NCBI GenBank assembly: GCA_963716725.1
Contig: CAVQUB010000015.1
Span: forward strand, 480,001-544,000
Reading direction: 5' to 3'
Length of the DNA: 64,000 bases
From: an uncultured delta proteobacterium
Lineage (GTDB): Bacteria; Myxococcota_A; Polyangia; Polyangiales; Polyangiaceae
In this document: positions 10,846-21,469 of the stretch, one piece after another
Numbering within the stretch: the first letter of the stretch is position 1
How the letters are laid out: each line of letters begins with the position of its first letter
The notes under the pieces: model-generated
Database searches by the model: none
What the model was told of the DNA's origin: nothing
Seen by the model: only the letters and a program-made list of their open reading frames with translations
Made by a program: the position numbers and the translations under genes

Positions 10846-11525
10846 GCCTGATCGTCGCCAAGGACCTGACACGTTCCTTCGGTGTCGGCGAAGCGGAGCG
10901 CCGGGCGGTGGACGGCGTGTCACTCGAGGTCGACACGGGGGAGATCTTGCTCATCTTTGGCCCCAGTGGCTGCGGCAAGAGCACTCTCTTGTCGATCGTG
11001 GGCGGGCTCGACCGCAGCTTTGCGGGGACCCTCTCGCTCTTCGGGCGGGACGTGGCGGCGCTGCCGGACGCGGAGCTGTCGCGCCTGCGGGGTGAGAAGA
11101 TCGGCTTCGTGTTCCAGGCCTTTCATCTGCTTGGGCACCTCTCGGTGCTCGAGAACGTGATGGCGCCGGCGCTGTTCTCCCGAGAGGCAGAGGGCGAGGC
11201 GCGGGTGAAGGAGCGCGCCGAGACGGTCCTCGAACGCGTCGGGCTCGCCGATCGCCTGGCCTCGCTCCCCGGGTCGCTCTCGGGTGGGCAACGCCAGCGG
11301 GTGGCCATCGCGCGTTCGCTCTTGCACGAGCCCGAGTTGCTGCTCTGCGACGAGCCGACGGGCAACCTCGATCGGGCCACCGGGGAGCAGATCATCGAGC
11401 TGTTTTCGGCGTTGCACGCCGAACTGCGGACGACCATGGTGATCGTCACCCACGAAGAGCGGCTGTCGCGCTTGGCCCACCGCACCCTCGACATGGTCGA
11501 CGGCAGGCTCGAGGTCGAAGCATGA
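10842..11525 (+). CDS. ABC transporter ATP-binding protein (LolD/MacB-like)
   Basis: [40 protein letters not shown]. Confidence 0.93.
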   Translation: MSLIVAKDLTRSFGVGEAERRAVDGVSLEVDTGEILLIFGPSGCGKSTLLSIVGGLDRSFAGTLSLFGRDVAALPDAELSRLRGEKIGFVFQAFHLLGHLSVLENVMAPALFSREAEGEARVKERAETVLERVGLADRLASLPGSLSGGQRQRVAIARSLLHEPELLLCDEPTGNLDRATGEQIIELFSALHAELRTTMVIVTHEERLSRLAHRTLDMVDGRLEVEA

Positions 11526-12904
11526 GGGCGGCGTCCCTCGCCAAGATCGTGCGCGGGGAGCTCCGGCGTACGCGCGGGCCGCTGGTCACTGCGGGCTTCG
11601 GCATCGCCGTGGGTGTGGCTTCGCTGGTGTTCTTCCTGTCCCTCGGGCTCGGGGCGCGCAAGGTGCTGCTCGGCGACGTCTTCCCCATCGACCAGATCGA
11701 GCTCGAGCCGAAGAAGACCAGCGCCGGGTTGATCTCGCTCCTGGGCGGGCCCCACGAGCCGGCGGGCATCGACGCCCAGAGCGTTGAGCGGCTGAAGGCC
11801 CAGCCGGGCGTGAAGGAGGTCTTCCCCAAGCTCCGCTTTCGCTTCCCGAGCATGGCCCGAGGGGGCAAAGAGCTCCTGGGCAAGGAGATCGGGACCCACG
11901 AGATGGTCGGTGATGGCATCGATCCTGCCCTGGTCGCCGGCACGATCCCTGACTTTCAGGATCCCCTCGAGACGCCGGGGGCAGAGTGCACCACCGACGA
12001 CGACTGCAAGGCGCCGCAGTACTGCGAGCGGCCGAGCGGGACTCCCCGTGGACAGTGCTCGGCTCCGGTCCCCGCCCTGGTCAGCCGCTACCTGGTCGAG
12101 CTCTTCGACCACGCGGTCGCGCCGGCTCACGGGCTGCCGCCGGTTGCGGAGACCCTGATCGGCCGGGCGCAGGGCGTGGCCTTCGAGATGACCCTCGGCA
12201 ATTCGCTCCTGGGCGTGGCGCGGCACGGTGAGCAGCGCAAGGTCCGTGTGAAGGTCGTCGGCATCTCGCCGAAGGCCATCGATCTGGGCGTGACGCTGCC
12301 GGTCGAGGTCGTGCGGCGCTGGAACCGCGAGTACGCCGGCGAGGCCGCGGCGTCGCGCTACTCGAGCCTGGTCGTCCGCGTGAGCGGCGCCGGGGACACT
12401 GGGCACGTGATTGACGCTGCGGCGGGGCTGGGTCTGGTTCCCCACGACACGCGTGCCCGCGACGTGAGCGTGCTCATCTCCGGGGTGCTCGCGATCTTGG
12501 TGCTCGTGGCCTCGGTGATCTTGGCGGTGGCCGCCGCGAACATCACGCACACCTTCCGCATGTTGGTCGGCGAACGCCAACACGAGATTGGCCTCTACCG
12601 GGCGCTGGGCGCCAGCGCCCGCGACATCCGGATCTGGTTTGCGTCGTTGGCGTTGGTGATCGGCACTCTGGCCGGCCTCGGCGGGGCCGTGGTGGCGCGA
12701 GCGGGCGCCGCCCTCGCCGACTGGCGGGCGGCCAAGGATCTTCCCGACTTTCCCTTCAAGCCCGACTCGTTCTTCGTGTTCCCGTGGTGGTTCTGGCTGC
12801 TCGCCGTCGCCTTTGCGTCGGTCTTCGCGCTGCTCGGTGCCTTGGGGCCGGCTCGCCGGGCGTCGAACACCGATCCGGCCGAGGCCTTGAGTCGCGACCG
12901 CTGA
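11522..12904 (+). CDS. ABC transporter permease (FtsX/MacB-like)
   Basis: N-terminal TM segment, large periplasmic region, ERQHEIGLYRALGA, C-terminal PARRASNTDPAEAL. Confidence 0.9.
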   Translation: MRAASLAKIVRGELRRTRGPLVTAGFGIAVGVASLVFFLSLGLGARKVLLGDVFPIDQIELEPKKTSAGLISLLGGPHEPAGIDAQSVERLKAQPGVKEVFPKLRFRFPSMARGGKELLGKEIGTHEMVGDGIDPALVAGTIPDFQDPLETPGAECTTDDDCKAPQYCERPSGTPRGQCSAPVPALVSRYLVELFDHAVAPAHGLPPVAETLIGRAQGVAFEMTLGNSLLGVARHGEQRKVRVKVVGISPKAIDLGVTLPVEVVRRWNREYAGEAAASRYSSLVVRVSGAGDTGHVIDAAAGLGLVPHDTRARDVSVLISGVLAILVLVASVILAVAAANITHTFRMLVGERQHEIGLYRALGASARDIRIWFASLALVIGTLAGLGGAVVARAGAALADWRAAKDLPDFPFKPDSFFVFPWWFWLLAVAFASVFALLGALGPARRASNTDPAEALSRDR

Positions 12905-12949
12905 TTCTGGGCCCATCGGCCCGGCATCGCGTAAGGCCTGTTGCGTCCC

Positions 12950-14044
12950 ATGCCTGATGCGCTCTCTCTGCCCCGCCTCTGCGGCCAGCTCCTGGTCGTC
13001 GGATTCTCGGGGACGAGCTTGCCGTCGGAGGTTCACGCTTGGCTGGCGGACGGTCGACTGGGCGGCATCATCGTGTTCAAGCGCAACCTGCCCAGCCTGG
13101 AGGTCGCACACGCCCTCAATCACGAGACGGTCGCGGTCTCGCAGCCCGATCTGCCGCCCTTCATCGCCGTGGACCAGGAAGGCGGACGCGTGGCTCGCCT
13201 GCCCTCGCCGTTCCTGAAGCTGCCGCCCATGCGACAGCTCGGAGCGCTGGGCGACGACGCGCTGGTGCGTCGGATCGGCGCCGTGCTCGGCAGCGAGCTC
13301 GGCAAGCTCGGCTACAACCTCGACTTTGCGCCGGTCCTCGACGTCGATTCGAATCCCGACAACCCGGTGATCGGCGATCGCGCCTTTTCGGCCGATCCCG
13401 CCGAGGTCGCTCGGCTCGCCGGCGCGCTGATCGACGGCCTTCAGGCCGAAGGCGTGATGGCCTGCGGCAAGCACTTCCCTGGCCACGGCGACACTCACCT
13501 CGACAGCCACCTGGATCTTCCCTACGTGCGCCACAGCGAAGAGCGACTGCGCAGCGTGGAGCTTCCGCCCTTCCGCGAGGCCGCGGCCCGCGGAGTCGCG
13601 ACGCTGATGACCGCCCACGTGGTCTACGAAGCGCTGGACCCAGATCGCACCGCGACCCAGAGCCCGCGCATCTCGACCGCACTGCTCCGAGACGAACTCG
13701 GCTTCGACGGCGTGCTCTTCAGCGACGATCTCGAGATGCGCGCTCTGGCCGATCGCATGAGCGTCGAGGACAGCTCGGTGGGCGCGATCCGCGCGGGTTG
13801 CGACGTGCTCTTGGTGTGCAGCGATCTCGCTCTCGCGGAGCGTGCGCACGTTGCGCTGGTGCGCGAGGCCGAGCGCGACGCTGGCTTTCGTGCGCGCTGT
13901 CTCCAGGCCGCGAGGCGCGGACTCGCCGCGCGCCGGCGGTTCCCGCCGCGGCCCGCCGCGGACCTCTCGGATGTGGGCAGCGCCCTGGCGAGGGAGCTGG
14001 AGGCGTCGATCGCCAAGAGGCTTCAGACCGTGACCCGCGCGTGA
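12950..14044 (+). CDS. nagZ: Beta-N-acetylhexosaminidase (GH3)
   Basis: AVDQEGGRV, FAPVLD, KHFPGHGDTHLDSH, SDDLEM. Confidence 0.94.
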   Translation: MPDALSLPRLCGQLLVVGFSGTSLPSEVHAWLADGRLGGIIVFKRNLPSLEVAHALNHETVAVSQPDLPPFIAVDQEGGRVARLPSPFLKLPPMRQLGALGDDALVRRIGAVLGSELGKLGYNLDFAPVLDVDSNPDNPVIGDRAFSADPAEVARLAGALIDGLQAEGVMACGKHFPGHGDTHLDSHLDLPYVRHSEERLRSVELPPFREAAARGVATLMTAHVVYEALDPDRTATQSPRISTALLRDELGFDGVLFSDDLEMRALADRMSVEDSSVGAIRAGCDVLLVCSDLALAERAHVALVREAERDAGFRARCLQAARRGLAARRRFPPRPAADLSDVGSALARELEASIAKRLQTVTRA

Positions 14045-14053
14045 CAGTCGCGG

Positions 14054-14434
14054 TCAGGCGCGAACCAGCTCCACGTGTCGTCCGGACGCTCTGGCGAGTG
14101 GCTCGATGTCATCGAGATCGGCCGTCACGATTTGATCGCCGTCTTGGGCGAGAATCACCAGCGCCGCGTCGATCACGTCGCTCTTCTTCGCGGTCGCCAG
14201 CAGCTCGCCGGCCGCGCGTCCCAAGCCATCGTCGAGAGGGCGCACCTCGATGCCGCCGAGCGCTCTTGCGAGGAGCGCTTGTCTGGGTCCGCCGGCGCGC
14301 CAAACCTGGCCAATCACACCTCCGTGAGAGATGGGGATCTCCGCGCGCTCCAGCGCGACCTTGAGTCGGCGCCACATCCCACGATCGTTGCGTTCGAGCG
14401 CGATCAACGCCCCGCTATCCAGAATCAGGGTCAC
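14054..14434 (-). CDS. PIN-domain (VapC-like) toxin
   Basis: LILDSGALIA at the N-terminus, DVIDAALV, IVTADLDD; GTG start overlaps the antitoxin stop. Confidence 0.85.
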   Translation of the reverse strand: MTLILDSGALIALERNDRGMWRRLKVALERAEIPISHGGVIGQVWRAGGPRQALLARALGGIEVRPLDDGLGRAAGELLATAKKSDVIDAALVILAQDGDQIVTADLDDIEPLARASGRHVELVRA

Positions 14435-14739
14435 CGGGCTCCGCGGGGTGCGTTGGCCGCCAGTTTGCGCGGTTTTCCGCGCACTACGACCGACGAGCGA
14501 CGGTCGGCACGCTCTTGGGCAACCAGCTCCGCCGCAGAGATCACTCCGAATTCGTGCTCGTAGAGCGCGAGCGCCTCCGACAAAGCCAATAGCCGGCGCT
14601 CCTTCGCGGCGCGCTCTGCCAGCGCGAGATTGACCCACCCGCTGAGCGATTCGGCTCGCCCCGAGCGAACGGCTTCGTTGCCAGCGCGGATGAGATCGGG
14701 ATCGACGGTCACCGTGAGGCGGCCTTTGCGAACGCTCAT
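14431..14739 (-). CDS. Putative ribbon-helix-helix antitoxin
   Basis: RLTVTVDPDL beta-strand followed by helices (SLSGWVNLAL); translationally coupled upstream of the PIN gene. Confidence 0.8.
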   Translation of the reverse strand: MSVRKGRLTVTVDPDLIRAGNEAVRSGRAESLSGWVNLALAERAAKERRLLALSEALALYEHEFGVISAAELVAQERADRRSSVVVRGKPRKLAANAPRGAR

Positions 14740-14745
14740 ACTTCT

Positions 14746-14774
14746 GTTCTAACTCCGATAATACCTTCGTTCAA
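14746..14774 (-). promoter_or_regulatory. Candidate sigma70-type promoter of the PIN TA operon (leaderless)
   Basis: TTGAAC-17 nt-TAGAAC, then 6 nt to ATG 14739, with no SD sequence. Confidence 0.5.
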
Positions 14775-14876
14775 GCCGTCCGACGGTCCCAGGGGATCTC
14801 GGTTCGCTCCGCTCGAGAGGGTCTCCTCTTGGTGGGACTTGCGCTCGCAAGACCGCGCCCGTGCCGGGCGCCCCAA

Positions 14877-14916
14877 ATGACAAAGGCCCCGCGCTTTCGC
14901 GCAGGGCCCTCGTCAT
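14877..14916 (-). terminator. Hairpin, likely terminator of the Cys-rich gene
   Basis: Imperfect stem ATGACGAGGGCCCTGCGC-GAAA-GCGCGGGGCCTTTGTCAT about 15 nt after the stop at 14932. Confidence 0.65.
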
Positions 14917-14931
14917 CCGATGGGTCTCGGA

Positions 14932-16226
14932 TCAGCCAGCGCCGGCCGAGCCGCTCGCCGAAGCGCTCGCGCTCACCGACACGTTCAGGCTGACCGAAGC
15001 GTCCGCCTGAGCCTTGAGCGACGCCACGAGGCAGCCGCCGACCTTGAGAGCAGCCTGGCCGCCGCCCTTGACCGCCGCCTGAACGCCCTCGATCGACGCC
15101 TTCACGTTGGCGATCGCGCCTTCGATGCGACCCTTCATGCCGAGGGTCACCTTGAGCAGCGCCGGGAGGTTCTTCTCGAGCGCGCCCTTGAGCTTGGCCG
15201 ACGCTTCCGCGTCCGCCGCGCCGGAGAAGTTCACGCTGACCGAGGCCGGGGTGCACTCGAGCTTCGCGCTGACCTCAGCGTCGCAGTTCGCCTTGCACTC
15301 GGCGCTCATCTTCGGCGGGACGATCTCACCGGAGCACTTCGGCTCCTTGATCTCCACCGAGCAGCCACCCGAGCAGGAGCCTTCGCACTTGGCCGCGCCC
15401 TTGATCTCGCAGGAAGCCGAGCAGGAGCCCGAGCACTTGCCCTTGCAGCTGCCCTTGGCGCTCGCCGAGCACTTGCCTTCGCACTTGCCCTTGCAGGCGC
15501 CCTTGTTCTTGTCGCTGCCGGTCGAGGCTTGGCCGTCGCACTTGCCTTCGCAAGCGCCGCCGCAGGTGCCGCTGAAGTCAGCCTCGCAGCTGCCCTCGCA
15601 GGTGCCGCCGCAGCTGCCTTCGCACTTGGCGCCGGCTTCGACGGTGCAACCGCCCTTGCATTCGCCTTCGCATTTGCCGCTGATCTCGCCGCCCTCGCAC
15701 TTGACCTCGGCTTTGCCGCCCGAGACGCTCGCGTCGCAGGAGCCAGCGCAGTCGGCCATCGCGTTCATCGACGCGGAGCACTTCGGGGGAACGACCTTGA
15801 CGTCGAGCTTGCCGCTGATCTTCGCCTTGGCCTTGACGTCGCCCATGAACTTGACGGCGGCCGTGGCACGCGGCTTCCGCCTTCTTGCCCGGGCCCTCTT
15901 CCTTCGGGGTGATGTCCTCGTCCGACGCGCCCAGGTCCTTCGCCAGCTGGCCACAGGCGCCAGCGACGTCAGCCTCGACCGCGACCGCGAGGTTCTTGCA
16001 GGTTCGCGCCCGCAGCGAGCGCGCCCTTGATCTTGCCTTCCATCTCGCCCTGGAGGCCGAAGTTGGCCTTCATGATCGCGCTCGGATCATTGATGTCCGC
16101 CGGGCAGGACCCGGGCAGACCAGGCAGACCCGGCAGGCCACCACAGTTCATGAGCAGCGGCGCTGCAATCAGGGCCGCGGCGCCGAGCACCGGACCACCC
16201 ATCATCCGCCAACGATTTCCGACCAT
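14932..16226 (-). CDS. Cys-rich (CxGxC repeat) lipoprotein, frameshifted in this sequence
   Basis: SD GAGGAG before ATG 16226; lipobox-like LMNC. Removing extra bases near 15996 and 15866 gives one frame (...NLQNLAVAVEADVAGACGQLAKDLGA...EAACTAAVKF...), followed by a long CEGKC/CSGSC tract. Confidence 0.75.
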
Positions 16227-16487
16227 CTTAAATTCCTCCTCAGGAAGCACTGCATTCCAAAGTCGCGGGGGACGCTACACCCAGAGGGCTGCGCTTTGGA
16301 AGCGCAGTCTTGTGGGCTTTGGTGTCGCCCGCCGGGGTCTTGTCACGAGCCCTCGCCGAGTACCGGCGCGAGCCCCGTTCTCTGACGCTCGCCGGGGCCA
16401 TCCCGGCTCACGTCGCCGGGCATATCGCCGCTTTTCTGTGCAAAGTAAAGCCTTTTGTTCAGTGTTGGGGGCCCAGCTGGGCGCGAT

Positions 16488-16880
16488 CTACCCAGAACGC
16501 TGGCCCGAGTTGCCTCGGCCCCGGGCCCGGCCGGCCCGCAGGGTCGCCGGCGAAGGATCCGCAAAAGGCAGCTCGACTTGGCTGGGATTGTGGGGCGCCG
16601 AGGGCCGCGCCCCGGTCCGCTCGAGCATCTGCCGCTCCTGTTCCATGTCCGCTTCCATCACCTCGAGGTTGTCGAGGGCGAAGGCCAGGGCGTCGAAGAC
16701 CTTGGCCGGTTCGATCTGCGGGTACCGTTTGAAGATGGTCTCGATGCGCGTGCCGCTCTTGTAGAAGGCGAACAGCCGCCGGACCGGGATCCGCGTGCCT
16801 GCCACATGCGGGCTTCCCCCCAGCACCTTCGCCTCGATCCGCACGTGGGGGTGCGGCACGAGCACGATCGGCAGGCTCAC
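16488..16880 (-). CDS. DUF433-domain protein
   Basis: [15 protein letters not shown]...YPQI...VFDALAFA, the typical DUF433 pattern; GTG overlaps the tkt stop. Confidence 0.8.
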   Translation of the reverse strand: MSLPIVLVPHPHVRIEAKVLGGSPHVAGTRIPVRRLFAFYKSGTRIETIFKRYPQIEPAKVFDALAFALDNLEVMEADMEQERQMLERTGARPSAPHNPSQVELPFADPSPATLRAGRARGRGNSGQRSG

Positions 16881-18859
16881 CGAGGCCCTCCGGCGAAGTG
16901 AGCGCGGATGGCTGCCGCGACTCTCGCCGGAGTGAGCCCGAGCTCCTCCGCGATGCGCTCGGCGGGCGCCGAGGCGCCGAAGCGATCGATGCCGATGCTG
17001 AGGCCCGCCTCGCCGGTCACGCCGCGCCAGAGCGAGGTGCGCCCCGCCTCGAGAGTGACGCGGGGGATGCCGCTGCCGAGCACCGCGCTCTGATCGGACT
17101 GGGGCAGGCGCGTGAAGGCTTCCCAACACGGCGCGCTCACGACGCGCACGCGGAAGGCGTCGGACAGGAGTCGCTTGGCTTCGACAGCCACGCCGACCTC
17201 GCTGCCCGTGGCGATCAGCACGAGATCCGCGTCGGGTGCGTCGTCGAGCACGTAGGCACCTCGAAGCAGCAGCTTTTCGTCGAAGCCGCTCGGGCGCGAG
17301 AGCGTGGGCGTCTTCTGGCGGGTGAGCACCAAGGCGGTCGGCGCGTCTCGCCGCGACATGGCGTGGGCCCAGGCCGCCGCGCATTCCAGGCCATCCGCCG
17401 GGCGAACCACGTCGAGGTTCGGGATCAGGCGTAGCGCGGCGACGTGCTCGACGGGCTGGTGGGTCGGACCGTCTTCGCCCAGCAACACCGAATCGTGCGT
17501 GTAGATCCAGAGCGCGGGCTGCCCCATCAGGGCCGAGAGGCGCACGCTCGGTCGCATGTAGTCGCTGAAGACCAAGAACGTCGAGCCGAAGGGCACGAAG
17601 AAGCCAGAGAGCGCGAGGCCGTTGGAGATGGCGCCCATGGCGTGCTCGCGGATCCCGAAGGCCAGGTTCCTCCCGGCAAACTCTCCGCGCTTCACCTCGC
17701 CGCTGCCCTTGATGCCGGTCTTGCAGCTCTCGGCCAGATCGGCCGAGCCTCCGACGAGCGACGGCACCAGCTCCGCGACCTTCTGTTCGAGCTTGGCGCT
17801 GAGCGAGCGGGTGGCGTCCGCCTTTCCATCGATCAGCTTGGTCAGCTCGGTGAGCAAGTGCTCGGGCACCTGGCGAGTGGTGAGCTTCTGCCAGAGCTCG
17901 GCCCGGGGACCGCCGAGCTTCGCCACTTTGGCCTTCCACGCTGACAGGAGCTTCTGGTTGTCGGCGACCTGAGCGCGGAACAGATCCGTCGCGCCGGCCG
18001 GAACGTGGAAGGGATCCGCCGGCCAATCGGCCTTCTGCTTGGCCCCGGCGACCTCGTCCTTGCCGAGGGGCGCACCGTGGGCTCCCGAGGTGTCTTGTTT
18101 GGTCGGCGCGCCGATGGCGATGTGGGTCCGCGCCGCGATCAAGCTCGGGCGGCTGCTCTCCGCGGTGGCCGCGTCGAGGGCGGCGCGCACCGCGGCCGGG
18201 TCGTGGCCGTCGACCTGCTGCACGAACCAGCCGTAGGCCTCGAAGCGCTTGCCCACGTCTTCGCTGAAACTCAGGCTGGTCGGGCCGTCGATCGTGATCT
18301 TGTTGTCGTCGTAGACGAGCACCAGGTTGTCGAGGCCGAGGTGCCCGGCGAGGCTGGCGGCCTCGCTGGCGACGCCCTCCATCAGATCGCCGTCGCCGGC
18401 GATGGCGAACACGCGATAGTCGATGATGGCGTCTCCGGGTTCGTTGACCCGCGCCCCCATCATCTTGCCGGCGAGCGCGAGCCCGACCGCGTTGCCCACG
18501 CCTTGGCCCAGAGGGCCAGTGGTGGTCTCGACGCCCGGCGTGTGGCCCACCTCCGGATGTCCCGGTGTCCTGCTCCCCCACTGGCGGAACGCCTTCAGAT
18601 CATCGAGCGAGAGATCGTAACCTGCCAGGTGCAAGAGGGAGTAGAGCAGCATCGAGGCGTGGCCCGCCGAGAGCACGAAGCGATCGCGATTGGGCCAGCC
18701 CGGCTCGGTCGGCACGTAGCGCAGATGATGCGTAAACAGCTCGACGCCGATCCCCGCCAGCGCCATCGGGGTGCCCGGGTGTCCCGAGTTCGCCTGCTCG
18801 ACACCGTCCACGGACAAAAATCGCACGGTCTTGACCGCGGTCTCGAAGGCATTCGACAT
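16877..18859 (-). CDS. tkt: Transketolase
   Basis: [57 protein letters not shown]. Confidence 0.97.
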   Translation of the reverse strand: MSNAFETAVKTVRFLSVDGVEQANSGHPGTPMALAGIGVELFTHHLRYVPTEPGWPNRDRFVLSAGHASMLLYSLLHLAGYDLSLDDLKAFRQWGSRTPGHPEVGHTPGVETTTGPLGQGVGNAVGLALAGKMMGARVNEPGDAIIDYRVFAIAGDGDLMEGVASEAASLAGHLGLDNLVLVYDDNKITIDGPTSLSFSEDVGKRFEAYGWFVQQVDGHDPAAVRAALDAATAESSRPSLIAARTHIAIGAPTKQDTSGAHGAPLGKDEVAGAKQKADWPADPFHVPAGATDLFRAQVADNQKLLSAWKAKVAKLGGPRAELWQKLTTRQVPEHLLTELTKLIDGKADATRSLSAKLEQKVAELVPSLVGGSADLAESCKTGIKGSGEVKRGEFAGRNLAFGIREHAMGAISNGLALSGFFVPFGSTFLVFSDYMRPSVRLSALMGQPALWIYTHDSVLLGEDGPTHQPVEHVAALRLIPNLDVVRPADGLECAAAWAHAMSRRDAPTALVLTRQKTPTLSRPSGFDEKLLLRGAYVLDDAPDADLVLIATGSEVGVAVEAKRLLSDAFRVRVVSAPCWEAFTRLPQSDQSAVLGSGIPRVTLEAGRTSLWRGVTGEAGLSIGIDRFGASAPAERIAEELGLTPARVAAAIRAHFAGGPR

Positions 18860-18998
18860 AGTCTGCTCCCGTAGTCCAGCGGCGCGGACCCGCCAAGGGG
18901 GCGAGCTCGCGCCCCGATTTTGCCGCAATGGGTCAGGCCGTCGCGCCAGAGAAACCGGTTGTGCCCCGCGCCGCCTCGGGCGATGTGCTGCCCGTCGA

Positions 18999-21467
18999 GT
19001 GAGACACCATCAACGAATCCTCGTCCGGTTGTTCGCCGTTGTGCTGTGGTTGGCCGGGCTCGCGCTGCCGTGCCGAGCTCAAGCTCAGGAGGGCGTGGTC
19101 GCGCCACGACTCGAGCGAGATGGCGGAGCGGCGTACCCGCTCCGCGCGCTCGCCGAGCGACACTACCAGCGCGTCGAGGTGGGGCTGGTCCTCGAAATCG
19201 ACGCCCGCGGCAGGGTGGTGCGCGCTAGCGTCGATCGCGCCCGGGGCCATGGATTCGACGAGGCTGCGCTCGAGGCGGCCAAGCAACTCGAATTCTCACC
19301 GGCGACCCGCAACGGCACGCCGGTGGCGGCGCGCATTCGCTTTCGATACGTCTTCGAGCCGCCCCCCGCGGCGCTCAGGGTCCAAGCCGTGGACGCGACA
19401 ACGGGAACGCCGCTGGGCGGCGCGCGCGTCACCCTCGAGGCCGCGAAGGGTAGTCCGCGGACGCTGCCGGGCGCGGGCGGAGGGAGCTTCACTGCCGCGG
19501 ACTTGCCCCACGGCCGCGTGCGTGTCCGGGTCGAAGCAGACGGGCACGCCGCACAGTCCTCGGACGTGACGCTCATTCCCGGTGACGACACCGAGATCGT
19601 CTTCCGCCTGTTGCCCGTCGCGGCGCCCACCGGCTCGACCCCCGAGCAGATCGAGGTCGTGGTACACGGCGAGAAGCCCGCGCCGGCGGTGAAGACCTTC
19701 AGTCGCGAGGAAGTGCGGCTGATCCCCGGAGCCTTCGGTGATCCCTTCCGGGCCATCGAGGCCATGCCGGGCGTGGTCCCCGTGGCCTCGGGGTTGCCCT
19801 TTTTCTACGTGCGAGGCGCACCTCCGGGCAACGTCGGCTACTTCCTGGACGGCGTCCGCGTCCCCTACCTCTATCACGTCATGTTCGGCCCTTCGGTCGT
19901 GCACCCCGGCCTCATCGAGCGGGTCGATCTGCATTCAGGCGGCTACCCGGCGAGCTTCGGGCGCTTCGCCGGCGGCATCGTGGCCGCAGAGACCAACCCG
20001 CCGCGTCCCGAGCTTCACGGCGAAGGCAACGTCCGCCTCTTCGACGCCGGAGCGTTGGTCGAGAGCGGCTTCGCCGACGGCCGCGGCACCGCCCTGGTGG
20101 GCGCGCGCTACTCCTACACGGCCGCGCTCGTGTCGCTGGTCGCCCCCGAGATCGAGCTCGCCTACCGGGACTACCAGGTCCGCCTGTCCTACGATCTTTC
20201 GCCGCGCGATCGGCTCACGCTGCTGTCCTTCGGCGCCTACGATCTGCTCGGTCGCGAGCGCAACGGAGACCTCACGGTGCTGTTCGGTACCGAGTTCTAC
20301 CGCCTCGATCTGCGCCACGATCACGACACGGGGCGCGGCTCCCTGCGCACCGCGTTCACTCTGGGGCTCGATCGCACCGCCAACGCCTTCCTCGCCGGCG
20401 AGCAGCGCACGATCACCACGCAGATCCTCGGCGCTCGCACTGCCCTCGATCATCGCCTGAGCGGCCAGACCCGGTTTCGCGCCGGGACCGACGGAACCGT
20501 GGAGCGCTACGCCGCCAGCGCGGCGAAGTACGCCGACCCGGACAGCCCGGAAACCCAGGCGTTCAGCCAGAGCTTTCCCCCACGCACCGATCTGACCTTC
20601 GGCGTCTGGGCCGATCTGGTGCTCGATGTCACGCCCGATATCGAGGTCATCCCCGGCGCACGGGTAGACCTGTACCGCTCGCAGTCCGCCAGCGCCGTCG
20701 GCGTCGATCCGCGCATCTCCGCCCGCTTCGCCGTATCCGACGACGTGCGCATCACCCACGCCTACGGCATCGCCCACCAGCCACCCTCGTTCGTGCTGCC
20801 GATCCCGGGCCTCACGCCGGCCACCCTGGAAGGGGGTCTCCAGCGCAGCTTGCAGACCGGCGCCGGGGTCGAGGTCGACGTGGCCGACGCCACGACGGCG
20901 AGCCTGACCTTGTTCTACAATGTCTTCTTGGGCATGACGGACGCGCTCGGCTCTGAATCCCGCACCCAGGACGGGCCGCCGACCCAGGAGGTCGACGAGC
21001 GATCCATGGGCTCGGCGGTGGGCGCAGAGGTCTTCTTGAAGCGCAAGCTGACCAAGCGCCTCGGCGGCTTCGTTTCGTACACGCTCTCGCGCTCGACCCG
21101 CAGCCTCGGCAGCGAGGAGTTCCCCAGCAACTTCGATCGCACGCACGTGCTCAACGCTGCTCTCGGCTACGACCTTGGACGTGGCTGGCGTCCGGGCGGT
21201 CGCGTGGTGTTCTACACCGGCACGCCGGTCCAGGCCTCGCAGAACGAGGACGCGAGCTCGCCGCCCCGCACCACCGACGACGTCGACCGCTCGCCGGCGT
21301 TTTTCCGCCTCGATCTGCGGCTGGAGAAGCGTTGGGCCTTGGGCGGCTCAACCTGGCTCTCTTTCGTGGCCGAGGTGCTCAACGCCACGCTCAGCAAGGA
21401 GACCTTCGGCGACCAAGAGATCGGCCCCATCACCATCCCGAGCGTCGGCTTGGAGGGAGGGTTCTAG
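18999..21467 (+). CDS. TonB-dependent receptor with N-terminal TonB C-terminal-like and carboxypeptidase-regulatory-like domains
   Basis: Signal peptide; TonB-CTD pattern (YP...IDARGRV...GHGFDEAA...[11 protein letters not shown]); plug ([31 protein letters not shown]); beta-strand barrel ending in Phe. Start codon uncertain. Confidence 0.85.
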   Translation: MRHHQRILVRLFAVVLWLAGLALPCRAQAQEGVVAPRLERDGGAAYPLRALAERHYQRVEVGLVLEIDARGRVVRASVDRARGHGFDEAALEAAKQLEFSPATRNGTPVAARIRFRYVFEPPPAALRVQAVDATTGTPLGGARVTLEAAKGSPRTLPGAGGGSFTAADLPHGRVRVRVEADGHAAQSSDVTLIPGDDTEIVFRLLPVAAPTGSTPEQIEVVVHGEKPAPAVKTFSREEVRLIPGAFGDPFRAIEAMPGVVPVASGLPFFYVRGAPPGNVGYFLDGVRVPYLYHVMFGPSVVHPGLIERVDLHSGGYPASFGRFAGGIVAAETNPPRPELHGEGNVRLFDAGALVESGFADGRGTALVGARYSYTAALVSLVAPEIELAYRDYQVRLSYDLSPRDRLTLLSFGAYDLLGRERNGDLTVLFGTEFYRLDLRHDHDTGRGSLRTAFTLGLDRTANAFLAGEQRTITTQILGARTALDHRLSGQTRFRAGTDGTVERYAASAAKYADPDSPETQAFSQSFPPRTDLTFGVWADLVLDVTPDIEVIPGARVDLYRSQSASAVGVDPRISARFAVSDDVRITHAYGIAHQPPSFVLPIPGLTPATLEGGLQRSLQTGAGVEVDVADATTASLTLFYNVFLGMTDALGSESRTQDGPPTQEVDERSMGSAVGAEVFLKRKLTKRLGGFVSYTLSRSTRSLGSEEFPSNFDRTHVLNAALGYDLGRGWRPGGRVVFYTGTPVQASQNEDASSPPRTTDDVDRSPAFFRLDLRLEKRWALGGSTWLSFVAEVLNATLSKETFGDQEIGPITIPSVGLEGGF

Positions 21468-21469
21468 AC

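Noticed and set aside
11123..13849. 908-aa minus-strand ORF and similar long antisense ORFs (for example 4328-6046, 40667-42736)
   Set aside because: Antisense shadows of well-supported genes, with no recognisable motifs.
18860..19000. Cobalamin riboswitch upstream of the TonB-dependent receptor
   Set aside because: No B12-box or other conserved core motifs recognisable by eye; an Rfam scan would settle it.
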